From NCBI GenBank assembly GCA_043228905.1, contig JBHGNT010000009.1, positions 7,440,001-7,504,000 on the forward strand: a stretch of 64,000 nucleotides of DNA, in the 5' to 3' direction. The notes below the pieces were generated by a model that saw nothing but the letters and a program-made list of their open reading frames with translations, was not told where the DNA came from and ran no database searches. Shown piece by piece: positions 12,605 to 26,663 of this stretch. The translations under genes were made by a program, and so were the position numbers. This DNA is from Azolla caroliniana (taxonomy: Eukaryota > Plantae > Polypodiophyta). Numbering within the stretch: position 1 is the stretch's first letter; each line of letters starts with the position of its first letter.

Positions 12605-13192
12605 TGTTGGGAACAAGTCCCTTCGGATGGGAAGAAAAGAGCCAAGTTGATGAGTAACTCGCCGATGCCGATAGGCCAAGACCGAATCCGAAATTGTGGA
12701 TGCATCCAACTCAGGAGACTACATTTGTAAATAGTTGAAATGTGCCCCATGTCGGCTATGTATGTAAATAGCCATAAAGTTGCATTATTACATAAGCAAC
12801 TAGGGAAACTTTATGAAAAGAGTAGTGTATGTATCATTATTGTGAAATAGAGTTAGTGCAGGTCGTGGCCTGTGTAATTATGAGGGAGTGTGTGTGAGAG
12901 AGAGTGTGAGTGACTGTAACTCTGTAATCGTCAGTTGACGAAGAAGAACTGGAGGTCGCTGCCTTCGATCTTCTTGTTGTACTCCCCTCATCATCATCAT
13001 AGTGATTCTGTTTTTGGAGTTTGTGGACTCCACGTGGTTTTTCCCAGTTCGGGTTTCCACGTTAAAATCTCTGTGTTCTCTGTTTCTAGTTTTGTCGTTT
13101 TTCTTGTATATGCTTCCTATTGTTATTTCTGCATTTGATCATTTGATTATACGAAAGAGTAAACCAGGTGTGGCCAGTCACGATTCTTAACA
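12605..13192 (+). mobile_element. Solo LTR inserted in Copia 1
   Basis: tgttggg...cttaaca with perfect 5-bp TSD CTTTA; related to the LTRs at 18195-18814 and 29829-30457. Confidence 0.9.
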
Positions 13193-15369
13193 CTTTAAAT
13201 ACACATTGTTTAACTCCCTCTAACAATACAAATAATGTTATCTTCTCCACTCCCTCTCCTAATTCTTCATTCCAAGCTTCATCACCAACTTCTCCACCAA
13301 CCTCTCCACCTCCAAAGTAGATCTTTAAATAGTATTTATGAACAACTTGATCAAATGGAAGCATATTTTGTGGACTTGGACCATGAAGCCTATATACAAG
13401 AAGAAGATATTCCAACCCTTAGTGATGACACACATCTATCGGCTAAAGATGCACCTTCCGGATCGGATTCTATCAAATGGAGAAAGGCTATGGAAGAAGA
13501 ATGAAGGCTTTAATTAAAAATGGTAGTACGTGGACCCTCGTTGAGCCTCCAAAAGATCGTCAAATAATTGGTTCTAAATGGGTCTTACGCATAAAGCGAG
13601 ATAGTAATGGTAATCTAATTCACTTCAAGGCTCGTGTTGTTGCTTGAGGATTTTCTCAAGTACCAGGTATTGATTTTCATGATACATTTAGTCCAACGCT
13701 GAAAATATGTGGTTTTCGAATGCTCGTTGCTCTTGCTGCTCAACATGATCTAGAGTTGCATCACTTGGATGTACAAACGATTTTCCTTCATGGAGATTTA
13801 GATGAAGAACTTTATTTACAACAACCACAATTTTTTGAAAATCCAAGTCATCCGACACATGTTTGTCGACTTCGTAAATCTATTTACGGCCTTAAGCAAT
13901 CTCCACACATATGGTATCACAAACTACACTCTTTTCTTATAAAAGTTGGATATCATCGTCTAAACAATGAACCAAATATCTATGTTAGAAAAGCCAAATC
14001 CAATTTTGTTATCATAGCTGTCTATGTTGATGATTTGTCGTTGATCTCTAATTCCAAATCTTATCTAACTATTGCAAAGAAGGAACAATCTTGCATATGT
14101 CTTTCCTATCACCGATTTAGGCCCTATGCCACATTTTCTAGGCATCAAAGTAACTCAAAATAGAACAAATCATACTATCTCATTATCACAATCAAACTAT
14201 ATTAATTCTATTCTCCAAATATTTCATATGTTCCATAGTAAACCCATTAGTACTCCTCTTACCTCTTCATGTAAACTTTCAAATGATGATTCTCCCAAGA
14301 ATGAACGAGAAATTTCTGAAATGAAGGATGTACCTTATAAGATATTTGCTTTGCCGCTGGTTTTCTTTCTCGTTTCATGGCTAATCCAGGACCAAAGCAT
14401 TGGACCGCGCACAAAACATTACTACGATACTTGAAGCATACTCAACATTATGCATTGACTTACTCGACCACACAATCTGAGTCAATTGCACTTGTGCAAG
14501 ATGGACAAATCCCTCTAGCCAACTAATTGGTTGGTCGGACTCAGATTAGGGGGGAGATGTGGATGATCGCAAGTCAATAGGTGGCTATGTTTACACACTA
14601 GCTGGCGCTGCAATTTGATGGAAGTAAAAGAAACAAACTACCGTAGCATTGTCATCCACCGAAGCAGAATATGTTGCCGCAACTTTAGTGGCTAAAGAAG
14701 GCATATGGATTAAAGCTATGCTCGATGAATTTAAATTATTTACTATTCCAAAAGTGACTTCGTTTTGTGATAATCAATCTTGCATCAAGTTAGCTAACAA
14801 TACGAAGATAAGTGACAATATACGTCATGTGGATTTGATGCATCACTTTCTTCGTGATCTCATTGAAACAAAGAAGATAGAGTTAAAGTTTGCTCCCACT
14901 CATCAAATGTGGGCTGATTTTCAACCGAAACCTCTTCAACATTCTAAGCACATTATTTGTTGCAAGCAAGTTGGATTAATTGATGTAATCGAAGATAAGC
15001 ATGAAAATCTACACTTCTAGAAATTTTCGCTTAGGGGGGAGTGTGGAAAATAAAAATAATTACAAGCAAAAATTAATAAATTAATAATAGCAATAGTTAT
15101 TAGTTCTTAGGAATACGGTTTCCTTCATGAGAAGGAAACCATAACTATATCGGTGGTGGTCTTATAAAGCCACCACCAATGATGTAATAGTTAGGGAATT
15201 ATTATTATATAATAGACGATTCTTTGTTTCCCTCAATCTCTCTCTCTTTTCTATCTCTCTTTCTCTTCTTTCATACAACAAATGCAATGCTTGGGAATAT
15301 TTTGTCCACCTCTCTTATGAATTGGATTTATTGATTGTCCTTTTGTCTATCCTCGAAATATTCATATGT

Positions 15370-15900
15370 GAGAGCTTACGCTAGAATGTGGGCGTATGGC
15401 AACATTTTCTGAATACAAAAGATAGATCATCTAAGGATTACAAAAGATTCTTGTGTAATAGCATCATTTGAACAACAATCACGTGGAAGCTCCAAGGATG
15501 CAACTTGATTGAAGACGAGCTCGAATACAATCTATCTATGAAGTGGGCTTCAATTGATGAAACAAGTAATTACTCTTAAACACAAATTGTCTTATTCTCT
15601 ATAATTAGTTCAATTCCCATAAATTTTTCATTTAATGGTGCAAATAATTGTCAAAGTAGATTGGTTCAACAAGAGTACAAAGGATCATGTGTAGCCATGC
15701 ACCGTGAAGTCGTGGGTTTTTGGTTTATGGACTCTGCAAAACTTCTACGGGCAACGAAGGAGCCATACATTTTCTTGGTCCACTGTGAGCAAGCCTTCTT
15801 TTAAAAGGATTCTCAGTAGTTAAAGACCTTGTGGTGGCCAATCGTGCACATCAACCTGTGGGGAAGGCGGATATTTGACTTGATTCCCCCCATATCGCAC
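15370..15900 (+). mobile_element. Degraded CACTA (En/Spm) transposase C-terminal relic
   Basis: Broken translations 'AYARMWAYGNIF..DHLRITKDSCVIASF', 'KVDWF' and 'GFWFMDSAKLLRATKEPYIFLVHCEQAFF' resemble the DUF4216-type region of CACTA transposases. No termini were found. Confidence 0.5.
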
Positions 15901-18194
15901 ACTAGTGAAGAAGATGGCCGATTGATGATGAGGATGGTGATCTTGATCCCAAGTAGATTAAACAAGATCCGTGAAATGAAGAAGACCTAGGTGATGACGA
16001 GGACATTGAAATACAAGTTCCACCTTGGGAAATTATGGGGACATACAAAGTTACAAAGGAATTTTCATGTGCATTTCTAATTTAATATTATAAATTCTAA
16101 TAGGTGAATGTTCAATAGACTAACATTATGAGGGTGGCCATGGGGTTTCTAACGAAAAGCAACTATTCGTTGCTTTTAGGGGTTCAATTTCCCTAAGACT
16201 TGTTTTACTTTTAAAAACTGTTATAAACCAATTTGCAACTATAAACTAACCACAAGTTAATTGTAACAGAGACTCACATAAGGTTGTAGCTCGCACGATC
16301 CCACCTATGCCGGAAAAGAAGCAAGATCTCCTTCAAGATGGTCTTTGTTTGCCACCATGTCCCAAAGTGTCATTGTAAATCCTCAATGATGTACTTTTGG
16401 GGGTGGGGTCTTTTCATTGATCCCTACATTACGAAACAAGGACATTTATGCAATTATGGGGCTTAAATATTAGAACATTCATAAGTGTAAGAAACATCTA
16501 CACTTCCAATGGTTCTCCATTTGAGGGAGATATGACTCCACAAGGTTGTCTAACCTCTTTTTGAACACAAGCCCAACTCCTAGGATAATAATGTCAAAAC
16601 CCATCAAGATTGTACATTAAATCCTCAGAAAACCAATACATGATTGGGTAAAAGAGGGGATTTGTCCCCAATCCCACACTTGGTTGATTTGAGGACATGT
16701 CAGTTGTAAGCTGGTTACAACGTGTAACACACCTCTTGTATGTCCTAACCAACAAAAAGAAGGGAAATTATTGACCATTGAAATGACACTAAACTTTACC
16801 TCAAAAACTCTCTTGGAATGATAACTCAGGTTCACACTAGCTCCTCATGCGGTTGCCTTTGTATTGTTGTGAGTCTAACAATGTCACATGAAGAGCAAAA
16901 GGAAATGGCAATGTATATATTTGAGTATGTATCAATTTAATACTTATTTTTGTGCGTGTGTATATGTATGTAAGCAGATGAACTGATATTTCCTATGTCC
17001 CATTCCCCTCTCATAACATACATAGTGCATGTTACACAAGTGCTCTCAAAAGAGGATGTGATAGTTAGCCATCCCATCATAGGGGGTTCTAGATAGATGG
17101 GTGGAAGGGTCGAGGGGGAATGCACTCGCTCAAAATTTACCCCTCATATTGTTGGAGGTGAGGCCGTCAATGTGGAAATAGAAACAACACTTAGGTATTG
17201 AAGACCAAGAAGTCGATGATAGATTAACAAGATGAGTAGATTAACGTCAAGAGTTGCAAGACAACTTAAGTTACCAGAATACAAGATCAAGACAGAGTGA
17301 GAGAGACACACACATAGAGGCACAAAATGTAATTGTATTATTAAAATGTTACAGCACAATGAGTGGCAACACCCAAGAACTAGGTCACAAAGTCAATTAT
17401 ATAAGAACTGAACTAGGACAACTACCCTTTGGCTTTATTGTAAATATGTCCTAATCTAGTATGTCCAAATGGGATAATGTGAATACAACCATTATACACT
17501 TGTATTCGACACTCCCCCGTAATGGGTGTATACAACAAAAATCTATAATAAGAGAATAAACAAAATACAGATTTATACAAAGAGATGTTTAAGACAATTC
17601 GGCTAGTTGCGGAATCGACAAATGCTAAATAACGAAAGCCGAATCAGCTAGTTCGAAAGACTGAAGTCGGATTAAACCCAATTGTCCAAAGTGTCCCAAG
17701 CTAATGGTGTGAGGCCATCTTTGCGTTCGACTCAATCGGACTGATTTCTCCTTAAGCCCATTTGGTACCTTAGTGACCGGAAACGGTCAGCCGAAAGACA
17801 CTTGGTCATCCCGTCTGTTATGTTGTCTATTGTAGAGATCTTCTCGAGACCGAGCTTATCTGTAGTTACATAGTCTCGAATGAAGTGATATCAAATGTCA
17901 ATGTGCTTCAAGACGTTATGGTGGACCGGGTGACAACACTTGATTGTCACTCTAGACAACTGAAGCTGAATTGGAGTTGGCTTGTCGAAATGTGCATGCC
18001 AACCGACCAAGCCATACAACCTCCTTCACCGCGTTGGACGTGGTTACATATTTGGCTTCGGTCGTTGAAGTGGTCGTGCATTTATGAAGTTTCAACTTCC
18101 ATGAGATCACTCCATTGCTGAATTTCAATACATATCCGATCGTCGACTTTCCGCTTTCCAGACATCTGGCAAAGTTCAAGTCGATGTAGCTGAT

Positions 18195-18814
18195 TGTTAA
18201 GATCATAAACCAGCCACAACCAATTTCTCGTATACAAATATGCATTGGGTGCAAAGATCAAGAAAGATAGTGCTCAGACAGACAAGAAAGCAGAAGTACA
18301 GAAAACGAGAGAGAACCCAGGAACACAAGATGTTTTATCGTGGAAAACCCAAATGGGAAAAACCACGTGGAGTCCACAAACTCCGAACTGATCACTATAT
18401 GGTAGGAGGAATATACACTAAGAAACTTTGAAGGCAATGACCTTGAGTTCTTCTTCATCAACAGACGGCTATAGACTTACAGCTCTATTCTCACTCTCCT
18501 ACTATCACTCACACTTAGTTACAGAGGCAACTACCACAGTGTAACTATATAATAATGATCAACAACACTCCTACTACACATAATGGTTGCCCTATAAGTA
18601 TATATACTTATACAACTTTCTGACAATTTATAGATATAGCCCACATGGGGCACATTTAGACTATTTACAAATATAGTTTCCTGAATTGGTTATATAATCG
18701 ATTTTCAATTTTCAATTTCGACCTTGGCCTATCGGCCTCGGTTGAATTACCCACTTACTCCACCTGATTCGGTTCGTTCTCTTATTCCCATCCGGAGGGA
18801 CTTGTTATTTAACG
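18195..18814 (-). mobile_element. Solo LTR inserted at the RT/RNase H junction of Copia A
   Basis: Reverse-complement homologue of 12605-13192; TSD ctgat/ccgac (C>T decay); removing it restores 'DVVG-YID'. Confidence 0.85.
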
Positions 18815-21110
18815 CCGACAACATCTGAAGTCTTGTTCAAGCCGAAGAGGATGCTGAGGTCTTTTGTGCCCACCAGATATCTGAATACATGCTTTACTGC
18901 GTTCCAATGAGATTGGTTGGGGTTGTGCATAAATCTGTTGACAACTCCTACGACGTGAGCTATGTTCGACCGTGTTGTGATCATCGCGTACATCAAGGAG
19001 CCGACTGCCGGTGCATACGACACTACTTCATATCTTCCCCCTCTGGACCGGATGTCGAACAGTCTCATTGAGATAGCCGAAGGCTAATGGGGTCGACGCA
19101 GATTTGGCCGATTGCATGTTGAACCGTTCCAAAACATGGTTGATGTAGTCGGCTAGAGACAAGAACAATTGTAGTTGATTCCGGAGCCAACTAATCTTCA
19201 TACCAAGAATTACCAAGAATGTGTCTTGCAAGTCTTAGATTCTTCACAGAAAATTTCAACTGCAGTTGTTGTACGAGATCGGAGAGCTCTCCCGCATACT
19301 GGCTGGAGAGAAGTATGTCATCCACGTAGAGGATGAGTTGATGATAGATTAACAAGATGAATAGATTAAAACCGAGAGTTGCAAGACAATTTAACCAAAA
19401 TACAAGGTCATAACAGAGTGAGAGAGAGAGACACAAAGGCACGAATTGTAACTGTATTATTCAAACATTACAATACAATGAATGGTGTGAATGTTAAAGT
19501 GCGGAAGCATCAAACAGAACCAGCTCAGCCGGATAGCAACAGAAAATGAGATGACGGTTTAATGGAAAGCTTAAAAAACACAAAGGAGACAGAGAGAGCA
19601 GAACATAAAACTATAATAATAAAAAATTAACTCTAAAACCCTATACATACAACATGCATAAAAGATTGACCGAAGTACTGACAAGTACTTCAATGCTCAC
19701 ACTTGCGATTGACACTAACTATGAGACAATGATTACCTAGTAGTCTAGGCTACTACTACGCTTCCGGTTCCCGCTCGAATTCGGATCCCCAATCCGGCCG
19801 GTTGTTTCCGGATACCGATCTGGCTCATCCTTCCAGATGCTGATACGGCTCAGGCTTATTCAGCCGATCCAGATCCGGTTGAGCTTGCTTGCTCAAGACT
19901 CCCCCTCAAGCTCAACTTGAGGTCGGATCGTGGTGTTAGTGTCCGTGGCAGCCGGTTCTTCTACCCAGCTCCTCCTGGCGTTGCTCCGCCGCGCTCGCAT
20001 TCCTCCTCCGGTCCAGTCTTGTTTGCCATGACCCTTCTGGTTCTACGCACCTCGACCCTCCTCGGTCGGCTTGTCTGCTCAACAGGCCCATTCCAGCTCC
20101 CTCGCTGCTACGACTCCGACGCTTGTCGACCTGTTAGTTCCTTCGTGTTGGTGTCGACTTCCGCTGCGTCCGTGTCCACTTGGCCTTTAGTTGATCCGGC
20201 TTCTCCGAATGTTGAATCAAATCAATTTTCTTTGATTCGTTCCAGCTCTTGTCCGAGTCGGTGTTCTCCAACACGTCTTCCGGTTTCAGGCCCTTGACCA
20301 CACCAGACCACGTCCGGGTCTTGGCCGTTTTCTTCCAACCAGCTCTGTCCTTCTTGACTCTGTCGCCGTTGCCGCTTGTTCCAACCTTTTCGGATGTGTC
20401 GACTCCTTCGGTCGGCTCGGCTTCCTTTTTCCTCTTGTCTTCCCCTTTGGTGGTTCTTTGTTCCTCTCTGGCTCCTTGTCTGGTGCCATCCGTTCCCTTT
20501 CCTTTTCTCCCCCCAAAGTGTAGCACGTCAAGATGTTGAACACCAAGCATTTAAGTGAAGTGCTGCAACTTGTCCGATCCGAGTGGTTTGGTGAAGATAT
20601 CGACAATTTGCCGATCCGTCTAAACATACCGAAGTTCTACTTCACCGCTCAAAACCCGCTCACGCACAAAGTTATAGTGGACTTCTATGTGCTTCGTCCG
20701 AGCATGGAACACAGGGTTCTTGGCGAGCTGAATGTTGCTCATGTTGTCACAATAGATCAGGATTGGGGTAGGGACCTCAATCTGCAGGTCTTGCAGTAGT
20801 CGCCGAAGCCAAATGGCTTCACAGGTGACATTGGTAGCACCTTGGTATTCAGCCTCGGTGCTCGACAGAGCCACTATTGGCTGCTTTTTGCTGCTCCACG
20901 CAACAGCCACGCTACCCAAAGAAAACATGTAACCGGAGGTGGATCGGAGATCCGATGCATCACCAGCCCAATCGGCATCAGTATATCTGACTAGTTTCCC
21001 AGCTATACCGTGTCGGTATAATAGTCCCTGGTCCTTCCTGCCGCTCACATACCGGAGTATCCAGTGTGCGCACTGAAGGTGCTCGACGGTTGGCTTCTGC
21101 ATGAACTGGC

Positions 21111-24100
21111 TGTAGAAAGTAGCATGCGGAAGAAAGTATGAAGACCGAACAGAAGGGAGGAAACTCAGGTTTAATGGAGAGCTTGAGCTTACACGGTGTA
21201 TGCAGGAGAGACAGAGAGAAACACAAAAACTATATTCAACAATAATACTCAATCTGTACATAAGACGTGCTTCAGTGAACACTTTTATACAAGTCCTAGA
21301 AGGACTGACCAAAGTACTGACCAAAGTACTGACAGTACTTCACTGCTCATTAAGAGCTCCTACACTAACTCCCAAATATATTCCTCACGGAATATCTTTC
21401 CTAACGGCCTCCCGGTTTACGCACTCGGCCTAACCGATCTGTCCCAACCGATCCGGTCCTCGGCTTCTTCAGCCGATCCAGCCGATGTTGAGCTTGTCTC
21501 TCAACACTCCCCCTCAAGCTCAACTCAAGGCTCTTCGGGATCCTCGGACTCACAGCTCCGGTTCCTCCTGGCTTCATGCCTCGCTCGCGCTCGTCGACCT
21601 GTTCGACTCCGCGCGCTTCGACCCTTCCGGTCGGCTTGTCTGCTCATGTGGCCCTTATCAGCTCTTCTGCTGTTGCGGTGTCGACACTTCTTCTGCTGCC
21701 TTTTCTTCTGCTTGGGCCTCGGTTGATTCAACGTGTATGAAACAAACATCCGAACCGACTCGGCTACCTCCGATCGGTTTTTGCTCTCGTCCGAGTTGGC
21801 TGTCTCCAACTCGTCTTCGGTCTTCTCGCCCTCGATGGCGTCATCTCCCCAATGCGTGGTTGGCTTCGGCTCTCTCCTTCAGCTGCTCCCCTTCTGTCCG
21901 CTTCCGGACTTCTCCGCGGGTCCGCCCTCGGCTTCTTCAGCCGATCCGAAGTCGAACTCGACAACCGACTCGGTGTCGCGGTCTCCGCTCCTTTCATGTT
22001 GCCTTGCTTGGTTGTTTGGGACTGTTCTCCCCCTCAAGTTTGGCACGTCGAGGTGACGCAATCCGAGCGCACCTGAGAATTGCCGCAACTTGTCTAGACC
22101 AAGAGGCTTGGTGAAGATGTTGGCAATCTGCCGATCCGTCGGCACGTATTGAAGTTCGACTTCACTGGAAAGGACACGCTCACGGACGAAATGGTAGTGC
22201 ACCTCAATGTGCTTGGTCCGTGCGTGGAAAACGGGGTTCTTCGTGAGCTGGATGCTGCTGAGGTTGTCGCAGTAGATCATCGTCGGATCTGACACCTCCA
22301 CTTGCAGGTCCTTAAGTAGCCGCTTCAACCATATGGCTTCGCATGTCGCGACAGCCGCTCCTCAGTACTCAGCTTCGGTGCTCGACAGTGCAACTGTCGA
22401 CTGCTTCTTACTGCTCCACGCGATCGCGACACTCCCGAGGGAGAACGCGTATCCGGACGTGGATCGGCGATCGGCGGCGTTGCCAGCCCAATCAACATCG
22501 GTGTAGCCGACTAACCACGCGGCTGCACCGGTCTGATATAGCAGTCCCCCGTCCTTAGTGCCATTGACATACCGAAGTATGCGTTGCGCACACTGAAGGT
22601 GCTCCTCGGTAGGTCGCGCCATGAACTGACTGATCACCCCGATCGGATAACTGAGGTCGGGTCGAGTGATGGTCAAAAATATGAGGCTTCCGACAATTTT
22701 TCGGAACCTTGTCGGGTCGCATACCTTTCCCGTATCGGGACGAAGCTTGACGGTTCTGTCCAGAGGAGTCGAGACGGACTTACAGTCGGCCATCCCGAAT
22801 TTGAAGAGCATACTTAGCACGTAATGACGTTGGCTGATCAATATGCCTTCGGGGGTACGGATCACTTCGATCCCGAGGAAGTAATGAAGGTCCCCCAGAT
22901 CCTTCATGTCGAACGATGCCGCAAGCTGGAGCTTCACATGGTCGATTTCACCTAGGTCGGCGCCGGTGATGACCAAGTCATCAACATATAGTAGAATACT
23001 AACCGGTCCGAGTCGACCTTTCCGGATGAATAGGGAAGAGTCCGATTTTGACGTGACGAAGCCCATCCGACGCAGTTGTTGTGTGATCTTCGCGTTCCAG
23101 GCATGCGGGGCTTGCTTCAGTCCGTAAAGGGACTTCTTCAGTCGGCATACTGCCGAGGAGTTCGTTCGGGAGTGAAATCCGGGGGGCTGTACCATGTACA
23201 CTTGTTCCTCAAGGTCACCTTGCAGGAACACATTCTTTATATCCATTTGATGTAGGTGCCACCCCTTGGCCGAGGCTACTGCGAGCAAAACACGGACGGT
23301 CGTCATTTTCGCGACCGGCGCAAATGTCTCATTGTAGTCGATGCCGTGTTTCTGCGCGTAGCCCTTTGCCACTACCCGAGCCTTGTACCGGTTGACCGAG
23401 CCATCGGTGTTGTACTTGACTTTGTACACCCACCTACACCCAATCGGTTTTACCCCTCTTGGTGCGTCAACCAGGTCCTAGGTCTCGTTCTCCGCCAATG
23501 CGTGCATCTCTTCCTCCATTGCGACGCGCCAATTCGCGTCCTTCGCCGCTTCTACGTAGCTCTCCGGCTCACACACTTCTGCTACACGAGTCATGTACGT
23601 GTACTCGTTGTATCCAAACCGCACAACTGGGTTCTTTTGGCGGGTAGATCGGCGCAATTTCACCTTAGCCGATGTCGAGGCCTTCTCTGTCGACGGGGTC
23701 TTCATCTTTAAAGACTCGTCACCGGTTCCCTCGGAGTCGGACTCGCGTCGGTCTGACTCGTTCCTTTCCGTGCCGGAATCCGACACCTTCTTCTTCCCTT
23801 TCTCTTTGCGCATAAGCCGTCTCCTCGGCTTCCTGCGTGGGGAATGCACGGCCGAGTCTCCACTACTCGCCGGCTCTTCATCGGGTTGGTCGTACCGACT
23901 CAGTCCTCCAATCGGTCCAGTTAACCGGAGTGAAATCGGACTCTCTTCGCGGGTCTCGATTTCGGGCTCATTCGGAGGCATCTCGGCCTCGCTGACCTCA
24001 TTGTCAAAGCTCGGATTGGAGTCGAGGTTCGTAGTCGGGGGCAGGTACCAGGACGCGGACTTGTCAAACACAACGTCGCGGCTGACACGCGCTTGTTTGG

Positions 24101-26663
24101 TGCGAGGGTTATAGCACTTATAACCCTTCTGCTCGTCCGAGTAACCGACCAAGATGCATTTCTCGGACTTTGCGTCCAACTTCCTCCTTTTCTCCTTCGG
24201 TACATGCACATACGCAATGCTACCGAACACCCTCAAGTGTCGCAAGTTCGGCTTCGTTCCGAAATATAGCTCGTGCGCCGACACTTTGTCTCCGATCCGG
24301 TTCTGGATGTATACCGCGGTCCTTACCGCCTCGGCCTAGTAGAACTTGGGCAAGCTCTTCTCCTCCAACATTGCCCTTGCCGCTTCCACAACTGACCGAT
24401 TCTTCTTCTCGGCCACGCCGTTCTGCTCCGGCGTGTATCTTTCGTCCGACCGCAGGCACTTGATCTTTCGTCCCGTCTCCGTTTCCACGAACCCTTTGAG
24501 GTTCCGAAAGCAGTCGAAGACTTCGCTCTTCCTCTCAATGAGGTAGATCCACGTGTGCCGCGTGTGGTCGTCGATGAAGGAGACGAAATATCGGCTCCCA
24601 TCAAGACTAATGTTTTGTGTCAGCCCCCATACATCGGAGTGTATAAGGTCGAGCTTGTTCCGGCTCCGGTTTCGCTCGTTCGGGAAAGGAAGTCGGTGTT
24701 GCTTCCCGAGCTGGCAGGCTTCACAAATTTGTGCCTTTCGGCCACTAAATTTGGGCAATCCGAACACTACCTGTTTCGATTGCAGATCTTGAAGCCGCTG
24801 GTGGTTGACGTGGCCTATCCGCTTGTGCCACAAGTCAATGTCTGACTCGGCTTTTTGTCCCTTCGCGAACATTGCGGTGCCGCCGTCAGTGGAGTCGAGG
24901 ATGAACATCCTCCCGTCTCTGCACCCTAACGCAATCACACGGCCTTCTTCCTCAATGAAGCACCCGAGGTGTGTAAACCGAACCTCCATCCCTTGGTCGA
25001 CAATCTGTCCGACTGAGACCAAGTTTTTCGTGATTGTCGGAACGTGCAGCACGTTCATGAGTTTCCCTTTCTGCCCGACATGGCTAAGGGGAACTTCTCC
25101 GACATTCGCGATCGGATGCAGAGTGTCGTCTCTTGTTGCGACTACTCCGGGTTGTATCGGTTTTTCAAGGTACGAGAACCACTCCTTATGGCTCGTCATG
25201 TGGTTTGACGCGCCGGAGTCTACGTACCACACCTCTTCCGATCTCGGGGTGCTCTGTTTCATTGAGTTTGCTTCGTGTCTCGACACGAAGGCAAACCCTT
25301 CTTCGGCTCTCCCGGAGTCTTCGGCGTAGTGCGATCGCTGCCGATTTCCCTTGTCGGTATGCCTGGAGCCGTTTCCGGAACCAGTTCTCTCCAAATCGGC
25401 GCGCTTCTTCCAGCACTCGCTTTCCCTGTGGCCTTTCTTGCCACAGTACCAGCACTCCGCGATGGCCTTCCCTTGCCGGTTCTCATCGCTTCGACTCCCC
25501 CTGTTTCCGGAGGGTCCAAAGTTGTTGTCGGCATCACTTCGGTGCCTTCTTCCTTGATCTCATCGGCCGCCTCCATTGCTCATCCTCCACGTCCACGGGG
25601 CCTATCTCCCTCCGTGTACAGCATTCTGCTGTCGGTGTGCGTGCTCGTCGATGCACCCGCGTGGTTCTCCTCTACCGGGAGCATCGACTGTAAGTCGAAA
25701 AAGGACGGCGTATTCTCTCGGGTACACACAGCCGTTCGGAACGCTCCGAACTTCAACGCCAAACCTCCGAGACAGATCTGGACCATCTCGCTCTCCTCGA
25801 TGTTCACCTCTATGGAGGCGAGGGAGTCCCAAATATCCTTGATCTTCGAGGTATAGTCCGCCACCGACAAGTCGCGTTGTTGTAGGTTGCTCAACTCCTG
25901 TCGGAGCTGAAGCTTCCTGGCTGTGGTGCTCGCGGCGAAAATCTTCTTCAGATTTTCCCACGCACCCTTCGGCGTCTTTGCATCCCGAACATAGCTCAAT
26001 AGTTGTTCGCCCACACACGACGCGAAGCAGTATAATATCCTGCTCGCCGATTGCTCCCACGATGGGAAGTCTCTGTGTGTCGATTCGGGTGCTGCGTCAT
26101 TAGCTCCTTCGACATAACTCCAGTAGCCGTGCCCGAGCAGGTACTGGTGCATCTTGTAGGACCAAGACGCGTAGTTGGTTCTGTTGAGTTTCTCTGTTGG
26201 AAGTGAGCTCGCCATGCCTCTATCCATCGTTCTTCTTGTTCTTCTCCGTCAAGCTGTGTCGGCTGCAGAGAGGTTCTCAACCCTCGCGCTCTGATACCAT
26301 GTAGAAAGTAGCGTGCGGAAGCAAGTATGAAGACCGAACAGAAGGGAGGAAACTCAGTTTTAATGGAGAGCTTGAGCTTACACGGTGTACGCAGGAGAGA
26401 CAGAGAGAAACACAAAAAAAATCTGTACATAAGACGTGCTTCAGTGAACACTTTTATACAAGTCCTAGAAGGACTGACCGAAGTACTGACAGTACTTCAC
26501 TGCTCATTAAGAGCTCCTACACTAACTCCCAAATATATTCCTCACGGAATATCTTTCCTAACGGCCTCCTGGTTTATGCACTCGGCCTAACAGATCTGTC
26601 CCAACCGATCCGGTCCTCGGCTTCTTCAGCCGATCCAACCGATGTTGAGCTTGTCTCTCAACA
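21111..26663 (-). mobile_element. Ty1/Copia element C (same lineage as B) inserted in the RT of B. LTRs 21111-21506 and 26300-26663
   Basis: Perfect TSD CTGGC; PBS complement gctctgatacca 26288-26299; PPT 21507-21515. ORF fragments: 25580-26227 gag, 24336-25394 PR/IN, 22362-23429 RT, 21879-22328 RNase H. Confidence 0.95.

Larger units (their letters stand above)
9353..15277 (+). mobile_element. Ty1/Copia element 1, full-length but decayed. LTRs 9353-9606 and 15042-15277
   Basis: TG..CA direct repeats; PBS tggtatcagagcc (tRNA-iMet) 9607-9619; PPT agggggga(g) before 15042. Domains: gag (CKICKCSNH), protease WYLDTGA, GAG-pre-integrase, integrase, RT (VYVDD), RNase H (SSTEAEY), with many stops and frameshifts. 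The TSD is only 3/5 (gcaca/acaaa). Confidence 0.92.

Noticed and set aside
20620-21324. 234-aa ORF with a novel N-terminus fused to RNase H
   Set aside because: Chance fusion of element C's LTR to element B's RT/RNase H at the insertion junction (21110/21111).
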